A stretch of DNA of 64,000 nucleotides from a virus. Its lineage: Duplodnaviria; Caudoviricetes. The position numbers and the translations under genes were made by a program. The notes beneath the pieces were generated by a model. It worked only from the letters and a program-made list of their open reading frames with translations. It searched no databases and had not been told where the DNA came from. The stretch is from IMG/VR virus record IMGVR_UViG_2892966740_000006, positions 22,938 through 86,937 of that record; one strand, given 5' to 3'. Shown piece after piece: positions 1-9,825 of the stretch (its first letter is position 1; the number at the start of each line of letters is the position of its first letter).

Positions 1-1148
1 TTATCCACCACGCCAGCCAATGCGGTCAGGTCTTCCGGTTTGTTAATCCGTAGGCGGATGGCCGGGTACTTTTGCTGCGGCCCCAGATTGAGGTCCACCA
101 CCGGCTTGACGTAGTCGCGGGCCAGCGTGGCTACCAGCTGTTTGACGTCGGCGTCCAGAATATCTTCGCGTACCTCGTTATGGACCTTGCCCAAGGCGTA
201 GGCGCCACCGCCACTGCTCCCGCCGGTGTTGGTGGCAAGCGTCTGGCCAAGGACGATCTTGCTGGTCTGCTTGTCGAAATATTCCGTCAGGCGGGCATAG
301 ATATCGACCGAGGCGGTTTTATTGCTAAGCGTCGACAAAGTCGATTTCCATGTTCTTCGGGATGGCGGCGGCCGCATCCGTGCCGAGGCTACGCAGGGCC
401 GTCAGCAGAGTTTCAATGTCCTGCGGCGTGGCTGAGACATCGTACTTACCGACACGCAGCGGCTGGCCATACGCCTCGGCAAACGTGACCCAATCCTTGA
501 TCGCGTAGTTGCTGAACAGAAAAGCCCAGCACGCCATGCGGGCCAGACCGCCGCGGATCAGCACGCCCGACTTGGCCTTGACCTTGTGGGTGATGAATTT
601 ATAGGGTGCCAGCGGATCGCCGTAGATATTGGTATCCGAGCGCAGATATAAGGTTTCAGGGTCTTCGCGGCGGGTTTGCAGCCAGTACGGTTGCAGATAG
701 GACAAGCCACGCGGCATCCACTGCCGCGCACTGGTTTCCCAGTCGATCTCATGCACGCTGAAGCCCTTGCCGATGGCGTCCAGAATATCGAACAGGTTTT
801 CACTGATCGGGGCCAGCGCTTCTTCCACCAGTGCGGCGGCCTGCTGACTGGCGGCATCATCGCCAGCTTACCAACGTACAGCTCCAAACCGACTAGGGCA
901 CGCTTGCGGGTCGACAGCTCGGAGCCGTAGTGCAGGTACTTCTCTTCCATGTCCTCGGCCAGCCGCAAGTAGGCGCTGGCATCACCGTTCACCGCCTGAC
1001 GCAGCATGTGCCCCAGCAATTCCGGGTCAAGGCCATGGCTGGCAGAGGCAATGATCTGCCGTACCCCGGTGGTGGTCGGGGTGGCGATGGAGGTTTTTAA
1101 CAGGCCCATGTTAATCGGCTGGCCATTATGGTCAACGAGTTGCGCCAT
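1..1148 (-). CDS. Mu gp29-like portal protein (DUF935), frameshifted, runs off window
   Basis: ORFs 558-1148 and 325-828 join: MAQLVDHNGQPI...YLRLAEDMEEK...DILDAIGKGFSVHEI...FAEAYGQPLRVGKY. Confidence 0.9.
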
Positions 1149-1216
1149 GATTTACATCCTTTTTTGCATTGGCACGTCACTGCTAAACTTCAATGTCATT
1201 ACTTGGAGACGGAACC

Positions 1217-1717
1217 ATGATTGATATGATTACGGGCGCATTCGGCGGCCTGAAGTCTGCGGCGGAGCTGGCTCAGAGTTTGCTCACGCTCAAAACGGAT
1301 TCGGCTGTATCGACCAAGGCCGTTGAGCTGAACAGAATCATTTTTGATATCCAGCAGAAAATGTTTGCCATTCAGGCGGACTATGCGGCGCTGCTGAGCC
1401 GCACTGGCGACCTTGAAGCCGAAATTCGAGATCTCAAAAGCTGGGAAGAAGAAAAGCAGCGCTATCAATTGCACGAACTGGCTCCGGGAACGTTCACTCA
1501 CCGCCTGAAGCCAGATTGCCAAGGCTCCGAACCGCTTCATGACCTGTGCGAAAACTGCTATCAGAATGGCGTCAAATCGATCTTGCAGGCGGCTGGACAT
1601 AAAGGCTCCTATCCATGTTTTGTCTGTCCAAAATGCAAAAGTGAGTATTTGGCTGAACGACAATCCATGCCGTCCTATGTCGTCTCGCTGCCATCCAATC
1701 CCCGTACTCGTTTCTGA
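1217..1717 (+). CDS. Hypothetical coiled-coil protein with C-terminal Zn ribbon, antisense between terminase and portal
   Basis: RBS GGAG; CENC...CPKC motifs. Confidence 0.75.
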   Translation: MIDMITGAFGGLKSAAELAQSLLTLKTDSAVSTKAVELNRIIFDIQQKMFAIQADYAALLSRTGDLEAEIRDLKSWEEEKQRYQLHELAPGTFTHRLKPDCQGSEPLHDLCENCYQNGVKSILQAAGHKGSYPCFVCPKCKSEYLAERQSMPSYVVSLPSNPRTRF

Positions 1718-1721
1718 TGGG

Positions 1722-3356
1722 CTACCAGGTGCCGCGCCCGAATCGGGCTGATGCCGCAAACTGTCCTCGGCCGATGCCCTTGTAGCCTTTGGTCGCCAGC
1801 GGCGCGGCATCAATCACGCGGGCGGCATACCAGGCCAAGGCCACCGCAACGGCCACGTCACCGTGGCGCTTGCCCTTGTCTTCGCCGGTGGTCCGGGTGT
1901 CCGGTATGCGCGGTACGCCATTAATGATTTGCACTGCCCGCAGGTCGGCCAGCACGTCCTTGTCTTTCGGCAGGCCATCCAGATCGCCGTCTTCCAGCGC
2001 GGCTTTGACCGGCGGCATGTGTTCGCGGTACCAGCTCTCCGACAGCATCACCTGATGGATACGATCCGCCCCGTATTTCTGCATGGCTACCTCGGCCAGA
2101 AACTGGCCGTTGCCCCGCGCATCGAAGGCACCACCGGCAAAGCCCGGCAGGTTATCTAGCAGATGGAAGGTGACTTGCTCTTGCTGGCGGAAGGGGACGT
2201 TGCGCATTTCCAGAATGAACGGCACGCGCCGCACCAGGTTCTGCAGTTCGATCAGCGGCACATGGACCGACAAGTCACCGCTCCGGGCAAAATCCTCCCC
2301 GTCAAAGCTGCGGACATCCTTGGGGAGTTTGTCCAGCTCCGGCTGGAGCACTTCATCAATCCAGTCCTGGCAATGGCGCTCCCGCACATAGTCAGGCTCC
2401 AGCTCAAAGCCTTGGGGGCACTCGTAGCGCAGCACCGGCGTATCGGCCGACATGCGCTTTTCGATCAGCAGGCTGGATAGCCAGTTGCCGCCGCTGTTTT
2501 TGGGGATACAGCCGTACTCCTCGTCGGCCGACTCGGGGTTCGGGGCATTCTTGTAGAGGTCATCGCGCCATTTCTTCTCGGCTTCGACCGACCAGGTCTG
2601 ACCGGTGACATAACAGATGCGCTTATAGAGACCGTCGGCAATGGCGTCATCCAGCGTGATGCGATGCACGCTGTAATCCTTCTTGCTTAAGCACGCGCTT
2701 CCTGAATCAGCTCGTTGAAGATGTTTTCGGCCCCGTTATGGGTACTGATCAGCCTGACCTTGTTGCCCCACATGGTGAGGGCTAATGCCGCCTTGAGCAG
2801 TTCTGCGAGTGAATCGTGGAAAGCCGCTTCATCAATCACCACATCGCCCTGCAGACCGCGCAGGTTGGAGGGCCGACTGGATAACGCCTGAATCTTGAAG
2901 CCCGACTTGGGGAAGCGAATCATGTAGGCGAGGATTTCTTCCTGCTTACCTTCATCCCAGAATGTCTGTTCATACACATCGGCCCGCGCCAGCTCATTGA
3001 AGGCTTTGGCAAACAACGCAGCGGCGGCGATGTACTCCAGCGCCATTTCCTTTTTGCTGCCGACATAGAAGGTATTGCAACCGTGGCGCTTGCGCGGTTT
3101 TGCCGCTTTGACCACGTTGCGTGTAAGCTTCCGCCCACGTCAGACCGGTACGGCGTGACTTCTCCGCGATCATGATCTGGGACTCGTCCTCAAACCAACG
3201 CTGCTGATACGGCAGTAAAACCGGTTGATTCTCCGGGATGGCGTCAGCCACGTCCTGCGGCACCACCACCCCGGCCAGTTCCATCTCTTCGGCCAGGTTA
3301 ATCTTGCGCGGGCCACCAAGGGCTTTTAACGGGGGATGTTCCTGTTCGGCCATCAC
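1722..3356 (-). CDS. Mu gp28-like terminase large subunit (three fragments)
   Basis: Walker A EKSRRTGLTWAEA, Walker B VVIDEAAFH, ISTHNG, nuclease GEDFARSGD, HGDVAVA. Confidence 0.92.
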
Positions 3357-3922
3357 TCTTTACCCAACAGGATGCGGCGGATGCTGTTTTCCATCTGCTC
3401 GCTCATGCCATCCGAGCCACGCAGTTCTTCCAGCTTTTCTTCCTGCTCGGCCAGCAGTTTGGCACGGGCTTCGCGCTCGATGCGGGCCTGCTCATCCAGA
3501 CGGAATTTCTTCTGGTTGACCGAAGCCCGGCTCAACGTGGCAATGTTCTTGGCCACCTTGCTCAACAGCGCAATGCGGTCTTCATTAGAGACATTCTCGT
3601 CCCCGGCTTCCTGCAGATCTACGATGGATTCGAACAGCTGGGTCTGTACCGGGGCGAGCAGTGCTTCGGAACGGGTATCGGTATCGTCCGAGGCGCCTTG
3701 CGTCAGCAGCCGGGCGGCCTCGGTGCTGGCCTTGATGGCCGCGAAGCGCCGTTCAATCTTCTGACCGAAGCGATGGATGGCAGATTTGCTGATGACAAAG
3801 CCCTTTTCGCGCAGGGCTTCTTCCAGCGCCTGGTAGCCGCTGAAGTTACCCTCGACCAGCGCATTCTCCAGCCATTCACGCACCTCGGCCGGAAGCATGG
3901 AAACACTATTGCGAGCGGCCAT
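3353..3922 (-). CDS. Mu gp27-like protein (DUF3486, terminase small subunit)
   Basis: MAARNSVSMLPAEVREWL...ISKSAIHRFG; fusion to upstream ORF explained by a 1-nt deletion. Confidence 0.85.
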   Translation of the reverse strand: MAARNSVSMLPAEVREWLENALVEGNFSGYQALEEALREKGFVISKSAIHRFGQKIERRFAAIKASTEAARLLTQGASDDTDTRSEALLAPVQTQLFESIVDLQEAGDENVSNEDRIALLSKVAKNIATLSRASVNQKKFRLDEQARIEREARAKLLAEQEEKLEELRGSDGMSEQMENSIRRILLGKE

Positions 3923-3923
3923 G

Positions 3924-4234
3924 TCAGCTCCAGTATTTCTCAGGGCGGGCAATGCCGGCTGGCAGTCGATGGTGTACTCGGCCAGATCCACACCATAGCG
4001 GGTGATATCGGCCCACCAGCGGCCACCCGGCTCCTTGCGCAACTTCACCATGGCGCGATCTTCCAGATAATCCAGTTCTTTGCGCACCTCCAGTGGAGAC
4101 ACATCAGGATAGATCGCTCGCATGGTTTGCTGGATCACATCTTCGACGACCTCGGTAGGCCGGGCGTTGTACGCTGCCAGCACTAGATACCAGCGCAGGC
4201 TTTCGCGGCGGATTTTGGCGGCATCGATATTCAT
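3924..4234 (-). CDS. Mu gp26-like HTH protein
   Basis: RRESLRWYLV...ELDYLEDR...ITRYGVDLAEY; position before gp27. Confidence 0.8.
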
Positions 4235-4617
4235 TGCTGCAGTCCTTTCAGTTGGACGTTTTCAATTTTGAGAGCGACCGAGTCCAGCTTGGCTTCGATC
4301 ACGGTCTGGTTACGAACGTAGTCCTCACGGCGCACATAGTTGATGGGTAAATCCGCCTGAAATCGCAGGAAATCCCGTTCCAATGACTGCCAGCCATCTG
4401 TCTCGCGCTGGTTCTGATCCATTAGCTGATTAAACCGGGACTCCCAGTTTTTATTAGCGGTCTCCTGTGACTGCTCCATGGTTTTAAAGCGCTGGCTCAA
4501 CTGGTTATCGACCTGTGCCAGCAAAAGCCGGACAGCGACAAAACAGAAGGACATAAACGCCAGCAGCAGGCCAATCAGGAAAGTCAGCAATTGCCATAGA
4601 TCCAACTGGATACTCAT
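4231..4617 (-). CDS. Mu gp25-position membrane/coiled-coil protein
   Basis: N-terminal TM helix; LPINYVRREDY motif. Confidence 0.7.
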   Translation of the reverse strand: MSIQLDLWQLLTFLIGLLLAFMSFCFVAVRLLLAQVDNQLSQRFKTMEQSQETANKNWESRFNQLMDQNQRETDGWQSLERDFLRFQADLPINYVRREDYVRNQTVIEAKLDSVALKIENVQLKGLQQ

Positions 4618-4830
4618 CGATGTGATCTCCCGAATCGTTCCCACGATGATTGGCAATCCACGCAGCGCCGACAGCCCTGGGACGGCTTTCTGTCGCTGTT
4701 CGGAAATCGCCTCACCACAGTCCTCACAGTGGCTTAGGCCCATACCGTGGCAGGACTTGGCCAACTGATCCGCAATGGCCTGATCGCGCTCTTCCACTTC
4801 CAGTTCCTGTGCGCGATCAAATTGATCCAT
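4614..4830 (-). CDS. TraR/DksA C4 zinc-finger protein (frameshifted)
   Basis: MDQFDRAQELE...CEDCGEAISEQRQKAVPG. Confidence 0.85.
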
Positions 4831-5035
4831 CGAACGACTCCGTCGCCTTGTCGATCCACATTTTTGCTTCCTCAAACCGCTTGGTAGCTTCCATGGCCAG
4901 CACACGATTCCCTCCTAGCGGGGGAATCCGCTGGATCAGTTTTTCCAGGCGGTGGGTGGCTTCAGACAGGTCATCCAGCAGCTGGGCTTGTTCGTTCTGA
5001 CGGACGCCAAGGTCCGCCGGTGGGAGTTGAGTCAT
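4817..5035 (-). CDS. Small helical protein, possible Acb2/Tad1-like hairpin
   Basis: RBS GGAG; LEKLIQ...ATKRFEEAKMWIDKA. Confidence 0.5.
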   Translation of the reverse strand: MTQLPPADLGVRQNEQAQLLDDLSEATHRLEKLIQRIPPLGGNRVLAMEATKRFEEAKMWIDKATESFDGSI

Positions 5036-5066
5036 GGGGTCTCCGATGCTTGAGTGTGAAACGTGA

Positions 5067-5630
5067 TCAAGCTGTCAAACTTCGCTTCCAGCGCGCCGCA
5101 CCAGGCGCCGTAATCACTGGCGTGAGCCAGGATGTCTTCTGGTGATAACCCGGCACCGGGGCTGCTTGATCGGCTTTTGCAGCATCTCCGGGCTGGGTTT
5201 CGGGCAGACCCGGATCACCTGCGGTTCCGTAGCCGAGTTCGGCTTGGTAGAGGCGCAGGCTGACAGGGCCAAGGCCAGTCCAATGCTGACCATCCATGCG
5301 TATCGCATCGGGAATCCTTTGCTTGAGTTGTTGCTGTTTGGCTTTGAGCTGGCTTTCTGTGGCCAGCAAGGTGACGCCTAACTGGTGAGCCAGCTGGGCG
5401 TACTTCTGGGTATCGGAAGCCGCCTTGGCCAGTTCGCGGGATTTGGCCTCAGCCTTCTGGCGCAAGGTCGACTCGTAATCCGCCTTTTGCTTGTCCAGCT
5501 TGGCTTGCCAGTCATGTGCAGCCGCTTGATAACCGGTGTGGTAGATGCCATAGCCAACACCAGCGAGAACGGTGACGATGGCCAGCGGTTTGACCCACCA
5601 CGGCAGCAGGGAAACGGAAGGAATATTCAT
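5067..5630 (-). CDS. i-spanin (Rz-like)
   Basis: N-terminal TM plus coiled coil, after holin and endolysin. Confidence 0.7.
   Translation of the reverse strand: MNIPSVSLLPWWVKPLAIVTVLAGVGYGIYHTGYQAAAHDWQAKLDKQKADYESTLRQKAEAKSRELAKAASDTQKYAQLAHQLGVTLLATESQLKAKQQQLKQRIPDAIRMDGQHWTGLGPVSLRLYQAELGYGTAGDPGLPETQPGDAAKADQAAPVPGYHQKTSWLTPVITAPGAARWKRSLTA
5114..5308 (-). CDS. o-spanin (Rz1-like) lipoprotein, embedded
   Basis: Lipobox LSAC, Pro-rich, nested in Rz. Confidence 0.65.
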   Translation of the reverse strand: MRYAWMVSIGLALALSACASTKPNSATEPQVIRVCPKPSPEMLQKPIKQPRCRVITRRHPGSRQ

Positions 5631-5894
5631 GCTGTCTGGTCCTTGTCGGCTTGCAGGTCGGCAAGCAATTGCCGCGTCGCTCGACTGATGTACCACCCGG
5701 CTCACAGCAGACAGAAAGCCAAACACCGTCGACAGGATGGCAAACGGCATCGGAGAAAGCGCGGCCTGCCAAACCGGCAGCAGATCGGTGCCGGTTTGCA
5801 GTAGAACTGTGATCAACCCACACATCGCGGACAGCAGCGCAAAGCGGATGGACCACAGGCGGTGCCAGACTGGGGCGATTGGATCGAAGCGCAT
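5627..5894 (-). CDS. Putative holin
   Basis: WHRLWSIRFALL, two TM helices, ends SRVVHQ; next to amidase. Confidence 0.7.
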
Positions 5895-6420
5895 CACACG
5901 CCCCCCAAAATCTTGCCGGACAGTGGCTTCATGCCTCCCTTGATCCAGTCTGCGACGGTGAAGCCGGGGCAAGTCTTGAGCCATTCGTTGGGTTCGATGG
6001 TGCCGTCGTGGTTTTTGTCGGGCGACAGATCACGGTGGCCAACAATCCGCGCGGCCGGATACTTCGCCGCCAGCGCTTTGATCAGGCTGGCCAACGCCTG
6101 CCATTGCAGCAACGTGAATTGATCGGTCCCGACCATGCAGACGCCGATAGAGTTGGCGTTGAAACCGGACACATGAGCGCCGATTTCATCCAGGCCACGG
6201 CCGGTCGACTTGCTGCCATCGGTATCCAGTACAAAGTGGTAGCCAATGGCTTTTAACGTGGGGTTAAACGCGCCGACAGCGGCTTAAGCTGACGGTGAAA
6301 ACCTCGGGTACTGTGCCAAACGTCAATGGTGGTGGCGGCCGTCTGACCATTCTTGGCCAGCTGCTTGCCATTCGGGCTGGCCGAACAGTGGATGACGATC
6401 AAGTTGATAGCGCGGGGCAT
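5894..6420 (-). CDS. N-acetylmuramoyl-L-alanine amidase endolysin (T7-lysozyme-like), split at GCTTAAGC
   Basis: LIVIHCS, IGYHF, GAHV, SIGVC, GHRD, KTCPGF. Confidence 0.9.
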
Positions 6421-6503
6421 CATGCCTCCTCATGCTGAAAACATGAGGGCTATCGTAGGGATTCAGGCCGGGAGAGCGGATTGGGAAGGGGTTCGGTAAA
6501 AAC

Positions 6504-6528
6504 AAAACCCCGCTGGGTGGCGGGGTTG
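6504..6528 (-). terminator. Rho-independent terminator
   Basis: AACCCCGC/GCGGGGTT stem plus T-run on minus strand. Confidence 0.7.
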
Positions 6529-6536
6529 GATGGCGG

Positions 6537-6974
6537 TTACTTACAAAGGCTCTGTGCTAGATCGAACAATGGAGACAATGGCTTTTTGGGAGGTCCATAG
6601 TAATTGCCACTCGCGTCGTAAAATGATGGATCAGGCGGTTGTACGGCAACAATCGGATCAATGCTTCCATACTGCGAGATGCCAAATCCGTTGATGCCGT
6701 ATTTTTTACCAGAGTCATCCGTGAAGACCAGCGTGTCGCCGCCGCGTTCGCACGATACCCATCCATGGTCGACAGTTAGAGGCCATGCCTGTTTCATCTG
6801 TTCTGCAGATACTTCGATCCGATTGGATGGACCACTATTAGCGACTGTCTCTGATGCTTGAAAGCTGCCATTTCTTTGGTATTGCAGTATCGCGCCGATA
6901 ATAAAAATAGCGAAAAGGATGACCAACAGTACCTTGATCCTCCTTGTACTTGTGTCAACCTCAACCATTTTCAT
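6537..6974 (-). CDS. DUF2511 (YebY-like) membrane-anchored protein
   Basis: TM anchor; WPLTVDHGWVSC...GKKYGING. Confidence 0.7.
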   Translation of the reverse strand: MKMVEVDTSTRRIKVLLVILFAIFIIGAILQYQRNGSFQASETVANSGPSNRIEVSAEQMKQAWPLTVDHGWVSCERGGDTLVFTDDSGKKYGINGFGISQYGSIDPIVAVQPPDPSFYDASGNYYGPPKKPLSPLFDLAQSLCK

Positions 6975-6977
6975 CTC

Positions 6978-7433
6978 CTAAAAAAGCTGACCTTGGGGGA
7001 CGTTATCAGGCAGCAGCTCGTCGGCCTTGCTCAAAATCTCTTCGATCCGGCGGTCACACAGTTTGAACTTTGGCACCAGTATATTATTGACGGTGGCATT
7101 ATGTCCCAGCTCCCGGCAGTGTCTGTCATAGTCTGCCCGGATCTCTGCATCACGTAGCGCCCGCAACGCGGCGGCGCATTTCGGTACGTATAACCGCGTG
7201 TTCCCGTAGTGTTTGGTCAGTGTTCGGGCTGCATCCACTCCCACCACCTCAGCCAGCGCCGAAAAATACTGGCCTTCCTGCCGGGCGGTTTTAGGAATGG
7301 GGAAATGGGTGCCGCCCAACAGGTCGACCAGCTTCATGGTCATGGGCAGGCTGATCAGCCGCACCAGTTCACGGGCGTTTTCCGGCAGCAGGTGCTGGGC
7401 ACGCAGAATCGCGTCCTCTCTTACTTTTCCCAT
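6978..7433 (-). CDS. mor: Mor/C-family transcription activator
   Basis: LGGTHFPIPK...LYVPKC...RDAEI...LCDRRIEEIL. Confidence 0.85.
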   Translation of the reverse strand: MGKVREDAILRAQHLLPENARELVRLISLPMTMKLVDLLGGTHFPIPKTARQEGQYFSALAEVVGVDAARTLTKHYGNTRLYVPKCAAALRALRDAEIRADYDRHCRELGHNATVNNILVPKFKLCDRRIEEILSKADELLPDNVPQGQLF

Positions 7434-7852
7434 GCTTCAGTTCCTTTACCATGGCGGCGGGCATCGATTTCCAGCCCGATCATCAACCGGCGCAGCTGGT
7501 CATCATCCAGCCATGCCACCTTCTCAACCTTGAACATGCGGAGCGCCATTCCATCGGCGTAGTCCCATGGCCGTTTCTGGTCAGCCAGCAGAGCCTCAAC
7601 CTTGGCCATGTAGCGCTCGCGGTCATCTTGGGGCGTGGGACGTTTACCGATATTTCGCGCGGTCTTTTGCACAAATCCAAGGCGCTTCATTTCGGCCAGT
7701 ACGTCATCCAGTTGCTGCAGGGTCAGCTTGGTACTGCTGGTCTTGCCTTCGGCCAGACGGGCGAGCATGGCCCGATAGCTGTCATCCGCCATCTGCAGCT
7801 GCTGCTTGGCGATATGAATCTTGGAGATCATCGCCTTGCGTCTATCGGTCAT
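7421..7852 (-). CDS. gemA: Mu gp16/GemA family (DUF1018)
   Basis: ISKIHIAKQQLQMADDSYRAML...KTSSTKL. Confidence 0.85.
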   Translation of the reverse strand: MTDRRKAMISKIHIAKQQLQMADDSYRAMLARLAEGKTSSTKLTLQQLDDVLAEMKRLGFVQKTARNIGKRPTPQDDRERYMAKVEALLADQKRPWDYADGMALRMFKVEKVAWLDDDQLRRLMIGLEIDARRHGKGTEAWEK

Positions 7853-7871
7853 TGTTCTTCTCCTGGTCAAA

Positions 7872-7963
7872 CTCAATGCACGCGTGACCGGCCATGCCGA
7901 GCTTTATCAGAGGACGGCACCCCAGTAAGTGGATCGGGGCTGGCCGGTCACGGCTGCATTGAG
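7872..7963 (-). ncRNA. Conserved three-way-junction structured RNA, copy 1
   Basis: Long closing stem and two hairpins; 22-nt identity with 23581-23602. Confidence 0.7.
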
Positions 7964-8010
7964 GGTTAAAACACGTTGCGGAGCCTGTAACGCAGGCTCG
8001 ACACCGGGTT

Positions 8011-8421
8011 CTAAGTGGTACTACTTCGTCGCCAGATGAAATCCAATTCGCTAGGGAGTACCCATAAGTGCCGCATGTTTGCCACATTCACGACATCGCC
8101 GATTCGCGGGTATACCTCAATAGCATCGTTGCTGCCGTAGCCGACTCCATCCTTGATGTCCTGCAGCTCCTCCCAACTAATGCCATCGATCCAATGGCCA
8201 TCGTTTCCCAGACAAGTACGGCACACAGACAGGCGCACAATGTCGTTCGGCTCGGCATAAAGCTGCACCATGAAGTCCTTGCTCCAGTAGACCGCGAAGG
8301 GGAAATTCCTCCCCTTGATTTCAGGCCACCGATCACGCGGGGCGGGTGTCAGTACGGCCGGTAGCGTAGCTACTAGCTCACGGTTTGCTTTTTGCCGTGC
8401 TCGTCGTTGTTCTCGGTTCAT
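8011..8421 (-). CDS. Conserved phage hypothetical protein
   Basis: DGISWEELQDIK...AIEVYP...VVNVANMRHLW. Confidence 0.8.
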   Translation of the reverse strand: MNREQRRARQKANRELVATLPAVLTPAPRDRWPEIKGRNFPFAVYWSKDFMVQLYAEPNDIVRLSVCRTCLGNDGHWIDGISWEELQDIKDGVGYGSNDAIEVYPRIGDVVNVANMRHLWVLPSELDFIWRRSSTT

Positions 8422-8430
8422 GCGGCACCA

Positions 8431-9139
8431 TCAAGAAAGTTGCGGGGTATGACCCAAGGACAGGGGTGTGTCAGCCGCTCCGCCAACTCCATGGTTAAGC
8501 TGGGCATCCTTGCCAGACTGATAACCGGCGTAATGTGCATTGTCATCACCACTACGGAGGCTTTTCCCGGCCTGACGGTCACGGGTGGCCAGACTCTCCA
8601 GATCCGCGTACTCCTTGGCCATGTAGGCTTTCAGAGCATCGGTATTGCGTTGGCTTCCAGCAAATTTGGCGATCTTGCTGGCAACAGCATTCACCCAGCC
8701 TTCACAAAACAGATCAGCGCGACGGATACGGCTGGCGGGAATAAGTCGCTTGCATTCCCGTTTCTGATATTCAGCACGGGCTTTCTTGAGCTGACGCAGC
8801 AGCACTTTGTATGCGTAAGTGGCTATCTCTGGCGCAGGGCCATAGCCGATGAAGGTCCAATAGCCTGCAGACAGCGACCGGTTGAAGACAATTTCGCAAC
8901 CAAAGGACTCTCCCACGGTGACGGCCAGCCAGCTTTCCCACTACACAGGCTTGGACTTGGCGCTAAGCCTTTACATGGTCTTTGCACACTTCAGACATCA
9001 GGATGTCGTCGTCTTCGACGCCAAACTTTTCCATCAGGGCTTGAGCCTGGCGCAGGGCGGCAGCGGCTTCATGCTCGTTGGCGCTCTTGGCCAGTGCCGG
9101 GCATTTTTTGATCTTTTCGATTGCGGACTTACGGTCCAT
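8431..9139 (-). CDS. DUF2786-domain protein (frameshifted)
   Basis: EKIKKCL...NEHEAAAALRQAQALM; ADLFCEGWV. Confidence 0.8.
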
Positions 9140-9387
9140 CACTCGTCCTCCTCTTCATCCGTGCAGGGCGTAACGCTGAAGGGGAGTTCCCCTAGTTGGG
9201 ACAATGCGATTTGCAGGCCGACACGCATACCTTTGGCAATGTCGCTACCGGCTTTGATTTCAATGTCAGCCAGCTTGATGTCGGCTTCTGGGTGATCCAC
9301 GATGACTTGCAAGTTGGCAACACGGGATGCGTGCCAGCTTTGAAGCTGCTTGGTGAATTCAATTACTTCGGGGTCGAAAGTTTGCAT
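9139..9387 (-). CDS. Phage hypothetical protein
   Basis: RBS AAGGA; MQTFDPEV...GELPFSV. Confidence 0.7.
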   Translation of the reverse strand: MQTFDPEVIEFTKQLQSWHASRVANLQVIVDHPEADIKLADIEIKAGSDIAKGMRVGLQIALSQLGELPFSVTPCTDEEEDE

Positions 9388-9402
9388 TGCTGTCCTTTGG
9401 CT

Positions 9403-9457
9403 GCTCATCAGTACCGGACCACCACGCCCGGCAGACCACCCTTGCGGGCGGTTTCGC
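9403..9457 (-). ncRNA. Hammerhead ribozyme (type II topology)
   Basis: GC GAAA C-stemIII-GUC-stemI-CUGAUGA GC, with the full catalytic core. Confidence 0.88.
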
Positions 9458-9461
9458 TGGG

Positions 9462-9736
9462 TTAAGCGATGGCGTCTTTCAGTGCCTTGGATGGAGCAAA
9501 AACGACCTTGCGTTTGGCTTAAGCACTTGAATGGTTTCGCCGGTTTTCGGGTTGCGGCCGGATCGAGCCGGAACATCCTTGACCTTGAACTTTCCGGTGC
9601 TGGCCAGCACGATCTCGCCGCCCTTGGCCAGTTCTTGATGGATTTCTTTTTCCAGTGCATCGACAACGCGCAGAACGTCGGCTTTGGACAGGCCAGATTT
9701 TTCGGCCGTGGTGGTGATCAGTTCTTGTTTAGTCAT
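9462..9736 (-). CDS. HU-family DNA-binding protein (split at GCTTAAGC)
   Basis: MTKQELI...GKFKV...ARSGRNPKTGETI. Confidence 0.9.
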
Positions 9737-9825
9737 GTTGAAGTCCCTTATCAGGTGAAAAATTGAGTGTTTGGGAATGTTCCCGGTACGTAGGTTGCGA
9801 ATCAGTAGCTTGTAATTGGCGAGGC

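Noticed and set aside
7901-7922. SAM-I riboswitch or true tRNA gene
   Set aside because: Only a TTATCAGAG-like word on the antisense strand; no SAM-I helices, D/T arms or acceptor stem.
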